DNA from: a bacterium | GTDB lineage: Bacteria; Pseudomonadota; Gammaproteobacteria; Nevskiales; OUC007 | Length of the DNA: 64,000 nucleotides | Direction of reading: 5' to 3' | NCBI GenBank assembly: GCA_018222345.1 | Contig: JAAFAL010000003.1 | Span: 593 to 64,592, forward strand | Shown: piece by piece, positions 38,587-48,239 of the stretch | How positions within the stretch are numbered: the first letter of the stretch is position 1 | How the letters are laid out: each line of letters begins with the position of its first letter | Translations under genes and position numbers: made by a program | Notes under the pieces: model-generated | The model's database searches: none | Seen by the model: the letters and a program-made list of their open reading frames with translations, nothing else | Told to the model about the DNA's origin: nothing

Positions 38587-41500
38587 TCACCGCATCGTGC
38601 GGCGGCGGCGAATTGCACCGCCGAGGAGCAGCACACCTAGCAGTGCCACACCAAGCGCACCGCCGGAGCGACCGCTAGCGCTGCTCTGCACGTCGGCAAC
38701 ATCGCCAACCTCGATGACGCGCTGAGCCGTATTGGCGCTCGATGCTCCGCTGCTGTCACCAACCACCAGGTTAACTTGATACAAGCCATCGGCGTCGTAG
38801 GTGTGTGCCACGCTGGTTGTTCCAGACTCGTCGAAGGTACCGTCCATCGACTCACCGTCACCGAAGTCGATACTCCAACGCTCCAAGGTCTCGTCCATGC
38901 TGGGCTGGCCAGAGATCGTGAACGTGACATCCAGCGGCGCGTTACCGCTTTGGCGGTCGGCCTCCAGGAACGCCAGTAATACGCCCGGAATCGGGCAGTC
39001 GGCCGTACCCTGTACGTTGTAGGCCCCAGGCGAATCAACAAGGTCGCGGCTGTTGCCCTCACGCGTTGCCGATCGTGTTCGCGAAATGGTCACAACCAGC
39101 GCATCGCCCGGCTGCGGGTTCTCGAACAAGCTTTTCGGCGCCACCATGACGATAGTGCCATCGGCCTCGGTAAAGCTGCGCTCGTCTAGCGTGCCTTCGT
39201 CGGTGAACGTCGTCAGTACGCCGCTGGCATCAGAGCTAACCGAGCCAAATGTAAAAGGTGAGCCTTGGGTGTTCTGCGGCGTGCCGTCGTAGGCAATATA
39301 AAAATCGCCGAACTCGATGCTGTAGAAGTCCGCGGCAGGCTGGCCGGCCGGGAAGTCTTCCACCTTCATCGTGAAAGCAAAATTGCCCTCGAACTCGGGC
39401 GGCTCGGCGACTGCGACAAAGCGGATGTCCAACTGCGGCGGCTGTGTAGGATCGACATCGCTGGTCTGAATGACAGCGCCGGGCAGCGTGCAGGTGTCGG
39501 CCTGCTCAACAACCACCACGGGTAGTTCAATGACGTTCGATGCCGGGCTCGTACCGACTGCATTGGTGGCTTCGACGCGGTAGTAGTAATTCTCGACGCC
39601 AGCGTCACCCGTGGTATCCACGAACTGCTCCTTGGCGCCGGCGTTACCAACCGACACGAACGGCCCGGTGGGCGACTCGCTGCGAAATACCTCGTAATTG
39701 GTCACCTGCTCGCCGCCATCGTCAGGCGCATTCCATACAACCGTGGCTTCGCTCGCCGTTCGTACGGATCGCGCCTGCGACGGGCATGCCGCCTCGGGCG
39801 CCAGCGTGCCGGCGCTGTTGAAGCGGGTCGGACTGTCATCAAACTCGGCAAACAAGGTGCGGCCGCCCGACTGACGGAACAACACACCTTTATCGGCAAA
39901 CGTGCTGGAGCCGACCGGGTCGCTAATACACGGGCCGATGCAACCATCCGCCACTGCCACCAGTACACGCCCTTCGTCATCCTTCTGGATGTCGAAAAAG
40001 TCGAGCAGGTTGCGGTTGGCGCCGCATGTGGTGCCCGCCAGGCAGATACCACCTGCGCCTTGAATTGGGTCGGTGGGCTCTATGTCAACGGTGTGCCAGG
40101 TCTGCCCACGGTCGTAGGTGACTGATACAAAGCTGTACCAAACGCCTTCAAAGCCGCTGTCCGAACCAGTCGGGTCAGCACCTTCGTCACGCGTGGCATG
40201 CCAAGCGCAGGCTGCGCGGTCGCCATCACCGGCGACAGCCGTTGGAAACACAGCAGAAAAAACATCCTCGGACGCGCCCAAGTTGTAGGGGTCACTCCAG
40301 GTATCGCCCTGGTCGGTTGACACTTGCGCACGCGGCTGGCCGTCGGTGTCGTTGACATAACAGGCGTACAAGGTGCCATCCGAGGCCACCGCAGCGCCAG
40401 GGTCGTCACCCACTGTAGAGCCTGGAATCGGCTTCACTGCCCACGTGGTGCCGTTATCAGTCGAGACCGACACCACCTGCTGCCCACCGCAACTACCAAA
40501 TGGCACATAGACCGTGCCATCTGACGGTGACACCTGCACGTGGCCGTGCAAGCCACCAATATCGCCATTGCAGTCGGTGGTGGGGCTGAAAATGGGCACG
40601 CCAGGGCCAAAGGTCACGCCGCCATCGTCAGACCGGGCGCAAAATGCTGCTGCGACTGATTGCGAGCAGTAATAAACGGCGTAGTCCACCAAGGCATTGG
40701 GCGGCGCGCCGGCAGAGGCCGAGTATGGCCCGGTGCCTACGGTTTGATGGTCAACGCCGCCGTTGGGTGGGCCGGCCTGTCCGGGTGTCCAGCCATCTTC
40801 GCCATCGTCATCGGTGTACGAGAAAATCGAGTTGGCGCCCGACAACTGGCTTTGGAATGTGCGGCCAGATGCCTGGTTGGTCTCGAGAATCGGATCCAGG
40901 GTGTTCACATTGCCAACATAGTTGCGCGGCACCCACTGGGCGTCACAACTTGCAGGCAGGGGGTCGCCAGCCGCATCGACTGCATCGGACTGCTCGGCGA
41001 ATGTGATTTGGTCGGTTTCCAGCCCGGACACAAACATCACGCGCTGGGTATTGGGGTTGAATCCCAAGGTCGGCTCACCCGCACCGTCGGCAATACCCGG
41101 CGGTGAGTCAAACACATAAAACCGTGGGGCAACGCCCGTCGCAGGCATTTGGTCAGGCGCAGGCTCGCCCTGCACCAGTGACACTGTGGTAGTTGTTGTG
41201 CCACCTGCCGCGGCAAACGGGTCAATCTGCACGGCGTAGGTGTTCAACCCATTGGCCACCGGCACCATGAATATCTCCGGGTTGGCCAAGGTGGCGGCGC
41301 TGCCCAAGCTACCGCCATCACGGCCGCCTTCGAGCAGCGACACATCGAAGTCCTCTGCAAGGTTCGGCCAACTGGTCTCCACGCGAATAAATGTCGGGTT
41401 GTTGTTCTCGACAAAGTCATTGGCCAAGCTGACTTCCAAGTCGAAAAAGTCACAAGGCGAGCCAGCGTCTTGGCAACTAATCTCGCCCGCCGTGGATTGC

Positions 41501-41664
41501 ACGAAAGGCCCCGACGTATAGGTGACGCTCTCATCCACCGCGGCCAAGCGGCCGCTAGACGGCTCGGCTGCAATCGATACCAGAGGACAAATCAAAGCGA
41601 GGGCAAATACCATGCCCACACTGTTTCCAGGGCATCGGCGGCCCAAAACAAACCCAGAGTTCAT
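38587..41664 (-). CDS. secreted BNR/Asp-box repeat protein with FN3 and PKD domains and GlyGly-CTERM-like tail
   Basis: Asp-boxes SDDGGVTF, STDNGTTW, STDQGDTW and TYDRGQTW. FN3-like segment ...VTNYEVFRSESPTGPF...YYYRVEATNAVGTS. PKD-like segment ...APLDVTFT...WSIDFGDGES...HTYDADGLYQVNLVV. Tail is ...GRSGGALGVALLGVLLLGGAIRRRRTMR. An alternative start lies at 41613. Confidence 0.8.
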   Translation of the reverse strand: MNSGFVLGRRCPGNSVGMVFALALICPLVSIAAEPSSGRLAAVDESVTYTSGPFVQSTAGEISCQDAGSPCDFFDLEVSLANDFVENNNPTFIRVETSWPNLAEDFDVSLLEGGRDGGSLGSAATLANPEIFMVPVANGLNTYAVQIDPFAAAGGTTTTTVSLVQGEPAPDQMPATGVAPRFYVFDSPPGIADGAGEPTLGFNPNTQRVMFVSGLETDQITFAEQSDAVDAAGDPLPASCDAQWVPRNYVGNVNTLDPILETNQASGRTFQSQLSGANSIFSYTDDDGEDGWTPGQAGPPNGGVDHQTVGTGPYSASAGAPPNALVDYAVYYCSQSVAAAFCARSDDGGVTFGPGVPIFSPTTDCNGDIGGLHGHVQVSPSDGTVYVPFGSCGGQQVVSVSTDNGTTWAVKPIPGSTVGDDPGAAVASDGTLYACYVNDTDGQPRAQVSTDQGDTWSDPYNLGASEDVFSAVFPTAVAGDGDRAACAWHATRDEGADPTGSDSGFEGVWYSFVSVTYDRGQTWHTVDIEPTDPIQGAGGICLAGTTCGANRNLLDFFDIQKDDEGRVLVAVADGCIGPCISDPVGSSTFADKGVLFRQSGGRTLFAEFDDSPTRFNSAGTLAPEAACPSQARSVRTASEATVVWNAPDDGGEQVTNYEVFRSESPTGPFVSVGNAGAKEQFVDTTGDAGVENYYYRVEATNAVGTSPASNVIELPVVVVEQADTCTLPGAVIQTSDVDPTQPPQLDIRFVAVAEPPEFEGNFAFTMKVEDFPAGQPAADFYSIEFGDFYIAYDGTPQNTQGSPFTFGSVSSDASGVLTTFTDEGTLDERSFTEADGTIVMVAPKSLFENPQPGDALVVTISRTRSATREGNSRDLVDSPGAYNVQGTADCPIPGVLLAFLEADRQSGNAPLDVTFTISGQPSMDETLERWSIDFGDGESMDGTFDESGTTSVAHTYDADGLYQVNLVVGDSSGASSANTAQRVIEVGDVADVQSSASGRSGGALGVALLGVLLLGGAIRRRRTMR

Positions 41665-41777
41665 CGTTATTCTCCTCGCCGCACGCAGCAGCGATTATTT
41701 ATGTGTTGTGCCGGTGCGAACCGTTGCCACCTAGTAGAGGCAGGTTTCATGCCACCTGACAACTAATGCATAGCACC

Positions 41778-42335
41778 TTACATCGTCTTCAAAAATTTCT
41801 CATATGCAGCAACAAACGCAGCCAAGCTTGGCGTTTGGCCGTCAGCAATCACGGTCAGCAAGGCTTGGCCATGCAACCATCCGGCCTCACGGCCCTTGTC
41901 GTAGATGAAGCTGGTTTCAATACCCTCAAGCGCCTCGGCGCCAGTCAGCGCAACTGGTGGGAAGCGGGCCTGCCAAGCTTCCAGTGCTGTCGCAGCATCG
42001 CGGTAGAGGACGATCTTGACCTTGAACAAGCCTTTTGGCGCCTGATCGGACATCCAGTAACGGTAGTAAGCCGAACTGAGCACCTGCTGGTTTTGCAGTG
42101 AGCGTGCGATTACGGTCGGCTCACCATCAATGGTCTCCGTTGCCCGCGCTTCCGACTTGACCTGAATGCGCTCCACGCCGGGGAACGCGTCGGCCGGCAT
42201 TTGCAGATCGGACACATCAACGGCGCTCCCCGCCCGACACCCGACTAGCAAGAACAACAAATAAAACCCCGATATCAGCGCGGAAAAATGCCGGCGGCCT
42301 CGAAGCGCACGAATATCGGGTTGCTTGGTGAGCAT
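41778..42335 (-). CDS. hypothetical lipoprotein, 185 aa
   Basis: Inner ATG MLTKQPDIRALRGRRHFSALISGFYLLFLLVGC|RAG. No family recognised. Confidence 0.5.
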   Translation of the reverse strand: MLTKQPDIRALRGRRHFSALISGFYLLFLLVGCRAGSAVDVSDLQMPADAFPGVERIQVKSEARATETIDGEPTVIARSLQNQQVLSSAYYRYWMSDQAPKGLFKVKIVLYRDAATALEAWQARFPPVALTGAEALEGIETSFIYDKGREAGWLHGQALLTVIADGQTPSLAAFVAAYEKFLKTM

Positions 42336-42490
42336 AACTTGGGACCTGCTGTTCCTGGCTGGCGATCGCGCCACAAAAAAGACGCCGCCGTGCAGCAGCA
42401 CAAGATTGATAGGCGAGTGAACTTACCATGAGATATACCGCGCAAATTAAGCGATGGCGGTTTTTAGAGCAGCGCAACGCCGAACTTGGG

Positions 42491-42512
42491 AAAACAGGGC
42501 GGCTCCACCGCC
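42491..42512 (-). terminator. weak terminator after hemF
   Basis: On the minus strand: ggcgg-tggag-ccgcc followed by ctgtttt. The stem is only 5-6 bp. Confidence 0.35.
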
Positions 42513-42529
42513 TGCGGGCTAAATAACCG

Positions 42530-43444
42530 CTAGTCGGAATCTGGCAGCCAGTCTCGTGCTGGCAAAAAGTCGCCCAGCAAACGACCTTCTGGGGTGTCCT
42601 GCGGGTCCTCGCGCCGGTAGGACCAAGCCACGCGCGGCGGCATCGACATCAAAATCGACTCCGTGCGCCCACCCGATTGCAGGCCAAACAGGGTGCCGCG
42701 GTCATGCACCAGGTTGAACTCGACATAGCGACCACGGCGGTAGAGTTGGAACTCACGCTCGCGTTCGCCGTGCTCGGTGTCTTTGCGGCGCTCGATGATG
42801 GGCAGCAAGCCGTCGATGAAGCCTTGGCCGACAGCCTGCATGAAACCGAAGCAGCGAGCGAAACCCCAGGCGTTTTGGTCGTCGTAGAAGATGCCGCCAA
42901 TGCCGCGCGCCTCGCCGCGATGCGGCAAGTAAAAATACTCGTCGCAGGCGCGTTTGTAGTCGGCGTACACCTGCTCGCCGAACGGCGCGCACAGCTCATG
43001 CGCAGTTTGGTGCCAATGCACGCAATCTTCGGTGTAGCCGTAGATGGGCGTGAGGTCGAAGCCGCCACCAAACCACCAAATAGGCTCATCATCGTCAGTT
43101 GAAAACAGCCGAACGTTCAGGTGCGCCGTTGGTGCGTGCGGGTTGCGGGGGTGCACAACAACCGACACGCCCATGGCCTTCCACGGCCGGCCGGCCAGTT
43201 GCGGGTTGCGTTGTGTGGCCGATGGCGGCAGGCGGGTACCGCGGATCACCGAACGGGCAACGCCGGCGCGCTCGAAAACTACGCCGTCACTGAGCACTGC
43301 GGTGACACCACCACCGCCCTCGGCGCGCTGCCACTCATCGTGCAAGAAGCCCTGCTCGGGCTCAAAGCGCTCGAATTGGGTGCATAGGCGCGCCTGAAAT
43401 TCGGCCAGCCAAGCTTCAACGTCTTTTGGTGTTGGTTCTGCCAT
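42530..43444 (-). CDS. hemF: oxygen-dependent coproporphyrinogen III oxidase
   Basis: 304 aa. It has ...[14 protein letters not shown]..., [26 protein letters not shown] and [13 protein letters not shown], typical HemF. Confidence 0.92.
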   Translation of the reverse strand: MAEPTPKDVEAWLAEFQARLCTQFERFEPEQGFLHDEWQRAEGGGGVTAVLSDGVVFERAGVARSVIRGTRLPPSATQRNPQLAGRPWKAMGVSVVVHPRNPHAPTAHLNVRLFSTDDDEPIWWFGGGFDLTPIYGYTEDCVHWHQTAHELCAPFGEQVYADYKRACDEYFYLPHRGEARGIGGIFYDDQNAWGFARCFGFMQAVGQGFIDGLLPIIERRKDTEHGEREREFQLYRRGRYVEFNLVHDRGTLFGLQSGGRTESILMSMPPRVAWSYRREDPQDTPEGRLLGDFLPARDWLPDSD

Positions 43445-43453
43445 ACCCCGAGT

Positions 43454-44008
43454 TTAACCGCCGCGTAGTTGCTTGCCCGTACGCAGGTCAATGATGGGGG
43501 TTGCGCCGGCCAGGCTGCCGGTCTGCCCACCCAGGCGCACATCAACGCTGTCGAACACTGCGGGGTCAATGCCGAAACGCCGTGTCGGCGCCGGCCGGCC
43601 CGCTACATTGGCGCTGGTCGAAACCAATGGCGCCGCCAGCGCTTGTGACAGCGCTGCCGCGACCGGGTGAGCAGTGATACGCACTGCCAACGTGTCGCGC
43701 CCACCGGTTAACCAGGCCGGCACCCATGCCGCGGCGGGCACCACCCAAGTTGTGGGTTGTGGCGGCGCTTGCCCGGCCAATGCCGTGGCCGTGGCGTCGT
43801 CAGCCAGGTAGCAGCGCAGCACATCGATGTTGTGCGCAACCAGCACCAAACCCTTGTCGGCCGGGCGCTGTTTAATGGCCAGAATGCGTGCGACGCCGTG
43901 GGTATTAAGCGGATCGCAGCCCAAGCCCCAAACACCTTCAGTGGGGTATAGCGCCACACCACCACGCGCCAGCACGGCCGCGGCCCACTGATGCGCGAAG
44001 CGTGTCAC
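43454..44008 (-). CDS. tsaC: L-threonylcarbamoyladenylate synthase, type 1
   Basis: YPTEGVWGLGCDP and IKQRPADKGLVLV (YrdC/TsaC family). GTG start. Confidence 0.85.
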   Translation of the reverse strand: MTRFAHQWAAAVLARGGVALYPTEGVWGLGCDPLNTHGVARILAIKQRPADKGLVLVAHNIDVLRCYLADDATATALAGQAPPQPTTWVVPAAAWVPAWLTGGRDTLAVRITAHPVAAALSQALAAPLVSTSANVAGRPAPTRRFGIDPAVFDSVDVRLGGQTGSLAGATPIIDLRTGKQLRGG

Positions 44009-44020
44009 CGCGATGCCCCG

Positions 44021-46414
44021 TTATTTTTTCTTGGCGGCCGGCTTTTTCTTCGCCGCCGGCTTCTTCACGCGTGTCGCCTTGGTGGCAGCCGAGGTCTTGC
44101 CGGCACCTGTGGCCTTCTTGCGGCCACGGCCTTTCTTGTCTGGCGCTTCGGCGATCAACTGCTGGCACTGTTCCAGCGTCAGCGATTTAGGGTCGGTGTC
44201 CTTGGGGATCTTGGCGTTTTTCTTGCCGTTGGTGATGTACGGGCCGTAGCGGCCGTTGAGCACCTTGATGCCTTCGTCTTCCCAAACCTGAATTTCGCGT
44301 TCGGCGTCCAGTTTTTTCTTCGCCGCAACCAGCTCCAGGCAGCGCTCGCGCTCCACCGTGTAGGGGTCGTCGTCCTTACCCAACGAAGCGAACTTTTTGC
44401 CAAAGCGCACGTAGGGGCCAAAGCGGCCGATGGCCACGACCATCTCCTCGCCTTCGGGCGTCTCACCCATGTCGCGCGGCAACTTGAACAGCTCCAGCGC
44501 TTCTTCCAGGGTGATCTTGTCCAGGCGCTGGCCGGGGCGCAGGCTGGCAAAGGTTGGCTTTTCCTCGTCGTCCTTGCTGCCGATCTGCGCGAATGGGCCG
44601 TAGCGGCCGATACGCACTGACACGGGCTTGCCGCTCTTGGGGTCGGTGCCCAGTTCGCGTGCCTTGGCCACCTCGGCGCGGCTGATGTCTTGCTTGGACT
44701 CGACTTGTTTGGTGAAGGGGTCCCAGAATTCCTTCAGCAGCGGTTTCCATTCTTTTTCGCCGCGCGAGATCGCGTCCAGGTCGTCTTCCAGCTTGGCAGT
44801 AAATTCGTAATCGACGTACTTGAAGAAGTGCTCGGTCAAGAACGCGTTGACGATCTTGCCCATGTCGGTGGGGATGAAGCGCTTGCCATCCATCTCGACA
44901 TATTCGCGGTTTTGCAGCGTGCTGATGATGCTGGCGTATGTCGAAGGCCGGCCAATGTCGTATTCCTCCAGCGTCTTCACCAGGCTGGCTTCGGTAAAGC
45001 GCGGCGGCGGCTCGGTGAAATGCTGGTCGGTGATGATGTCGGCCAGGTCGAGCACGTCGCCCTCTTCCACTGGCGGCAGGGTTTTCTCATCATCATCGTC
45101 GGTGGCGTCGTCGCGGCCTTCCATATAAACGGCGATGAAGCCCGGCGTGACCAGCGTGCTGCCAGTGGCGCGGAATTCATGCTCGCTGCTACCAGCAGGT
45201 TGCAGCGTCAACGTCACCGTGTCGAACACCGCATGCGCCATTTGGCAGGCCAGCGTGCGCTTCCAGATCAGCTCGTACAGCTTGGCTTGGTCGGGCGACA
45301 GCGCGCCGCCAATTTCCTTGGGATGCCGCGCGGCTGACGACGGCCGGATGGCCTCGTGGGCCTCTTGCGCGTTCTTGGATTTGGTCTTGAAAAAGCGCGG
45401 TTGGTCGGGCAGCGCGTCACTGTAGCGGTCGCCGATTGCTTGACGGATGTCGGCCAGCGCGTCCTGCGACAGCGACACCGAGTCGGTACGCATGTAGGTA
45501 ATCAGGCCCACTTGCTCGCCGCCGATGCTCATGCCTTCGTACAACTGCTGGGCAGTGCGCATAGTGCGTTGCGCAGTAAAGCCCAGCTTGCGCGCGGCCT
45601 CCTGTTGCAAGGTTGACGTGGTGAACGGCGGCGCCGGGTTGCGCTTACGCTGTTTCTTTTCGACGGTGGTGGCGGTGAGCTTGCCGCCGGCGGCATCTTC
45701 CAACGTAGCGCGCGCCTCGGACGCGGCAGCCTGGTCACCAAAGCTGAACTGCTCGACCTTGTCACCCTTGTATTTCCACAGCTTGCCGGTCAGCGGCTTG
45801 GCGTCTTTGCTCAGGCTGGCCTCGATGCTCCAGTACTCGCGCGGCTTGAACGCATCGATCTCGGCTTCGCGCTCGCAAATCAGCCGCAAGGCCGGGCTTT
45901 GCACGCGGCCAGCCGACAGCCCCCGCTGCACCTTGCGCCACAACAGCGGCGACAGATTGAAGCCCACCAGGTAATCCAGTGCGCGGCGCGCCTGCTGGGC
46001 GTTCACTAACTGGTCTGACACCGTGCGCGGATTGTCCACAGCCTTTTGAATCGCGCCCTTGGTGATCTCGTGGAACACCACGCGCTTGACCGGCTTGTCC
46101 TTCAAGGCTTTCTTGTCCCGCAGGATTTCCAGCAAGTGCCAGGCAATGGCTTCGCCCTCGCGATCCGGGTCAGTCGCCAGCAGCAGTTCGTCCGACTTCT
46201 TCATCGCCGACACGATCTTGTTGACGTGCTTGGCGTTGCGCTCGATCACCTGGTAGGTCATCGCAAAATCGTCGTCGGTGGCAACCGCGCCCTCCTTGGG
46301 CACCAGGTCACGCACGTGTCCATAGCTGGCCAGCACTTCGTAGTCCTTGCCCAGGTATTTTTCGATGGTTTTCGCCTTGGCAGGCGACTCGACGATGACG
46401 AGGTGTTGGCCCAT
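44021..46414 (-). CDS. topA: DNA topoisomerase I
   Basis: MGQHLVIVESPAKAKTIEKYLGKDYEVLASYGHVRDL (TOPRIM). Contains the region expected to hold the active-site Tyr. The C-terminus has GRFGPYV/GRYGPYI repeats and a Lys/Ala/Pro-rich tail. Confidence 0.95.
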   Translation of the reverse strand: MGQHLVIVESPAKAKTIEKYLGKDYEVLASYGHVRDLVPKEGAVATDDDFAMTYQVIERNAKHVNKIVSAMKKSDELLLATDPDREGEAIAWHLLEILRDKKALKDKPVKRVVFHEITKGAIQKAVDNPRTVSDQLVNAQQARRALDYLVGFNLSPLLWRKVQRGLSAGRVQSPALRLICEREAEIDAFKPREYWSIEASLSKDAKPLTGKLWKYKGDKVEQFSFGDQAAASEARATLEDAAGGKLTATTVEKKQRKRNPAPPFTTSTLQQEAARKLGFTAQRTMRTAQQLYEGMSIGGEQVGLITYMRTDSVSLSQDALADIRQAIGDRYSDALPDQPRFFKTKSKNAQEAHEAIRPSSAARHPKEIGGALSPDQAKLYELIWKRTLACQMAHAVFDTVTLTLQPAGSSEHEFRATGSTLVTPGFIAVYMEGRDDATDDDDEKTLPPVEEGDVLDLADIITDQHFTEPPPRFTEASLVKTLEEYDIGRPSTYASIISTLQNREYVEMDGKRFIPTDMGKIVNAFLTEHFFKYVDYEFTAKLEDDLDAISRGEKEWKPLLKEFWDPFTKQVESKQDISRAEVAKARELGTDPKSGKPVSVRIGRYGPFAQIGSKDDEEKPTFASLRPGQRLDKITLEEALELFKLPRDMGETPEGEEMVVAIGRFGPYVRFGKKFASLGKDDDPYTVERERCLELVAAKKKLDAEREIQVWEDEGIKVLNGRYGPYITNGKKNAKIPKDTDPKSLTLEQCQQLIAEAPDKKGRGRKKATGAGKTSAATKATRVKKPAAKKKPAAKKK

Positions 46415-46576
46415 GGGCGGTGTCAGTCCTTGACCGGTTCAAAAGGGGTAATGGGCGGCGAGCATGGACGAGGTTGCGCTGCCAGCGCAAGCGGCAACGC
46501 TTTAGGAGGCACGTCGCCTTGGCCATTCCGACCAAACCAATCAGCCGATACCTGCCGGCGCCGCCAGCACCACGGG

Positions 46577-47053
46577 CTAGTGCAACAACTCACCCTGCAA
46601 GTCGAACACCATGTCCTCCATCCGCGCGTAGGCGTCTTCGAACTCCGGCTGGTCGAACAGCACCATCAACACGGTCCACTTGACGTGATCGACCGTCACA
46701 GCGTCGTCGTCCAGGGCCATCAGCCGCTCGATGACCAACTCGCGTTGGGTGGGCGGCAAAATCGCCAACTGCTCCAGGTACATGATGAAACCGCGGCAGT
46801 CGGCCGGCAGGCGGCGGATTTCCTCGGCGGCATACACGCGCAGCACGGTGGTGTTTGGAAGCACGCCGGGGTCGCGGCGCTGGTCTTCGAGGCCGGCCAA
46901 CCAGTCGAAGGCGTGGAGCACGGCAGGTTCGGGAAATCCGGCCGCTTCGAGTTCGTCGCGCAGCGGGCTTTCAGGCCCACGGTCTTCTATCTCTTCTTCC
47001 AGGTAGTTCTCAAACAGGTACAACAAGACATCCAGCACATTGTCTTCGTTCAT
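46577..47053 (-). CDS. smg: Smg protein (DUF494)
   Basis: Inner ATG MNEDNVLDVLLYLFENY... Conserved position between dprA and topA. Confidence 0.85.
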   Translation of the reverse strand: MNEDNVLDVLLYLFENYLEEEIEDRGPESPLRDELEAAGFPEPAVLHAFDWLAGLEDQRRDPGVLPNTTVLRVYAAEEIRRLPADCRGFIMYLEQLAILPPTQRELVIERLMALDDDAVTVDHVKWTVLMVLFDQPEFEDAYARMEDMVFDLQGELLH

Positions 47054-47099
47054 GTTTCTCGCCCGATCCAATGACGAAACACGCTTCAAGCGCGTGAGG

Positions 47100-48236
47100 C
47101 TAAGTAGTGCCGGAACCCGTGTGCACTGCCATAAAACCGCCCCCAGGAGCGGCCGCGACGCGACCTTCCAGTTCCAGCATGAGCAGCATGGATGAAACTT
47201 CCGGGGTGGTCAATCCGCTGCGCTCGACCAGTTGATCGATGCTGCTGGGGGCGTCGCCCAGCGCGCCAAGCAGCGCTGTGTAGTCGTCATCGTCGGCCTG
47301 ATTTGCGCCTGATTGCGCGGATTGCTCGGCGCTGTTTTGCTGCGGCGACAGCGTCAAACCCTGTTGCTGGATCTGCGGCGCCAATTCTTCCAGCACGTCG
47401 TTTGCGGTCTCGACCAGCTTGGCGCCATCGCGGATCAACTTGTGGCAGCCGCGCGCCATGGGGTTGTGGATGCTGCCGGGGATGGCGAACACCTCGCGGC
47501 CCTGCTCCATGGCTTGCCGTGCGGTGATCAACGAGCCGGACTTCAGCGCCGCCTCGACCACCAAGGTGCCCAGACTCAGGCCGCTGATAATGCGATTGCG
47601 GCGCGGGAAATTCTCCGCCAACGGCCCCATGCCAGGGCCGAACTCGGACACCAGCGCGCCCTCGGCGGCAATCGCATGGGCCAGGTCACGGTGGCGCGCG
47701 GGATACACGCGGTCCAAGCCCGTGCCACAGACGGCTATGGTCAGGCCGCCACCATCCAGTGCGCCTTGATGCGCCGCACCGTCAATGCCCATCGCCAGGC
47801 CGCTGATCACGGTGAGGCCCTGGCGCGCAAAGCTGGCGGCGAATGCGCTGGCGTTTTCGCGCCCCTGTGGTGACGGGTTGCGGCTGCCAACCATGGCAAT
47901 TTGCGGCAGGCTCAGCACCTCGGGGTCGCCGATCACCCACAGCACCATTGGCGGCGATGCGATGTCTTTCAGGCGCGCCGGGTAGCCGGGATCGTCTGGC
48001 GTTAGCGCGTGGCGAGATGCGTTCCCGGCCAACCATTCAAGGTCGGCGTCCAGATGTTGGGGTTTGGCAATCGCCTCGCAGGCGGCAGGCTTCAAGCCGG
48101 CTTGCTGCAGGCGGCTGGCGGGCGCAGCAACCAGCGCTTCGACGCTGCCGAATTGCTGCACCAGTTTGCGCACAGTGGCGCCGCCCAACTTGGGCGCACG
48201 CGCCAGCGTCAGCCACGCGCGCAACGCATCCTTCAC
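47100..48236 (-). CDS. dprA: DNA-processing protein DprA
   Basis: SGLAMGIDGAAHQGAL and the Rossmann-like core. 378 aa. GTG start 3 nt after the upstream stop. Confidence 0.9.
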   Translation of the reverse strand: MKDALRAWLTLARAPKLGGATVRKLVQQFGSVEALVAAPASRLQQAGLKPAACEAIAKPQHLDADLEWLAGNASRHALTPDDPGYPARLKDIASPPMVLWVIGDPEVLSLPQIAMVGSRNPSPQGRENASAFAASFARQGLTVISGLAMGIDGAAHQGALDGGGLTIAVCGTGLDRVYPARHRDLAHAIAAEGALVSEFGPGMGPLAENFPRRNRIISGLSLGTLVVEAALKSGSLITARQAMEQGREVFAIPGSIHNPMARGCHKLIRDGAKLVETANDVLEELAPQIQQQGLTLSPQQNSAEQSAQSGANQADDDDYTALLGALGDAPSSIDQLVERSGLTTPEVSSMLLMLELEGRVAAAPGGGFMAVHTGSGTT

Positions 48237-48239
48237 GAT

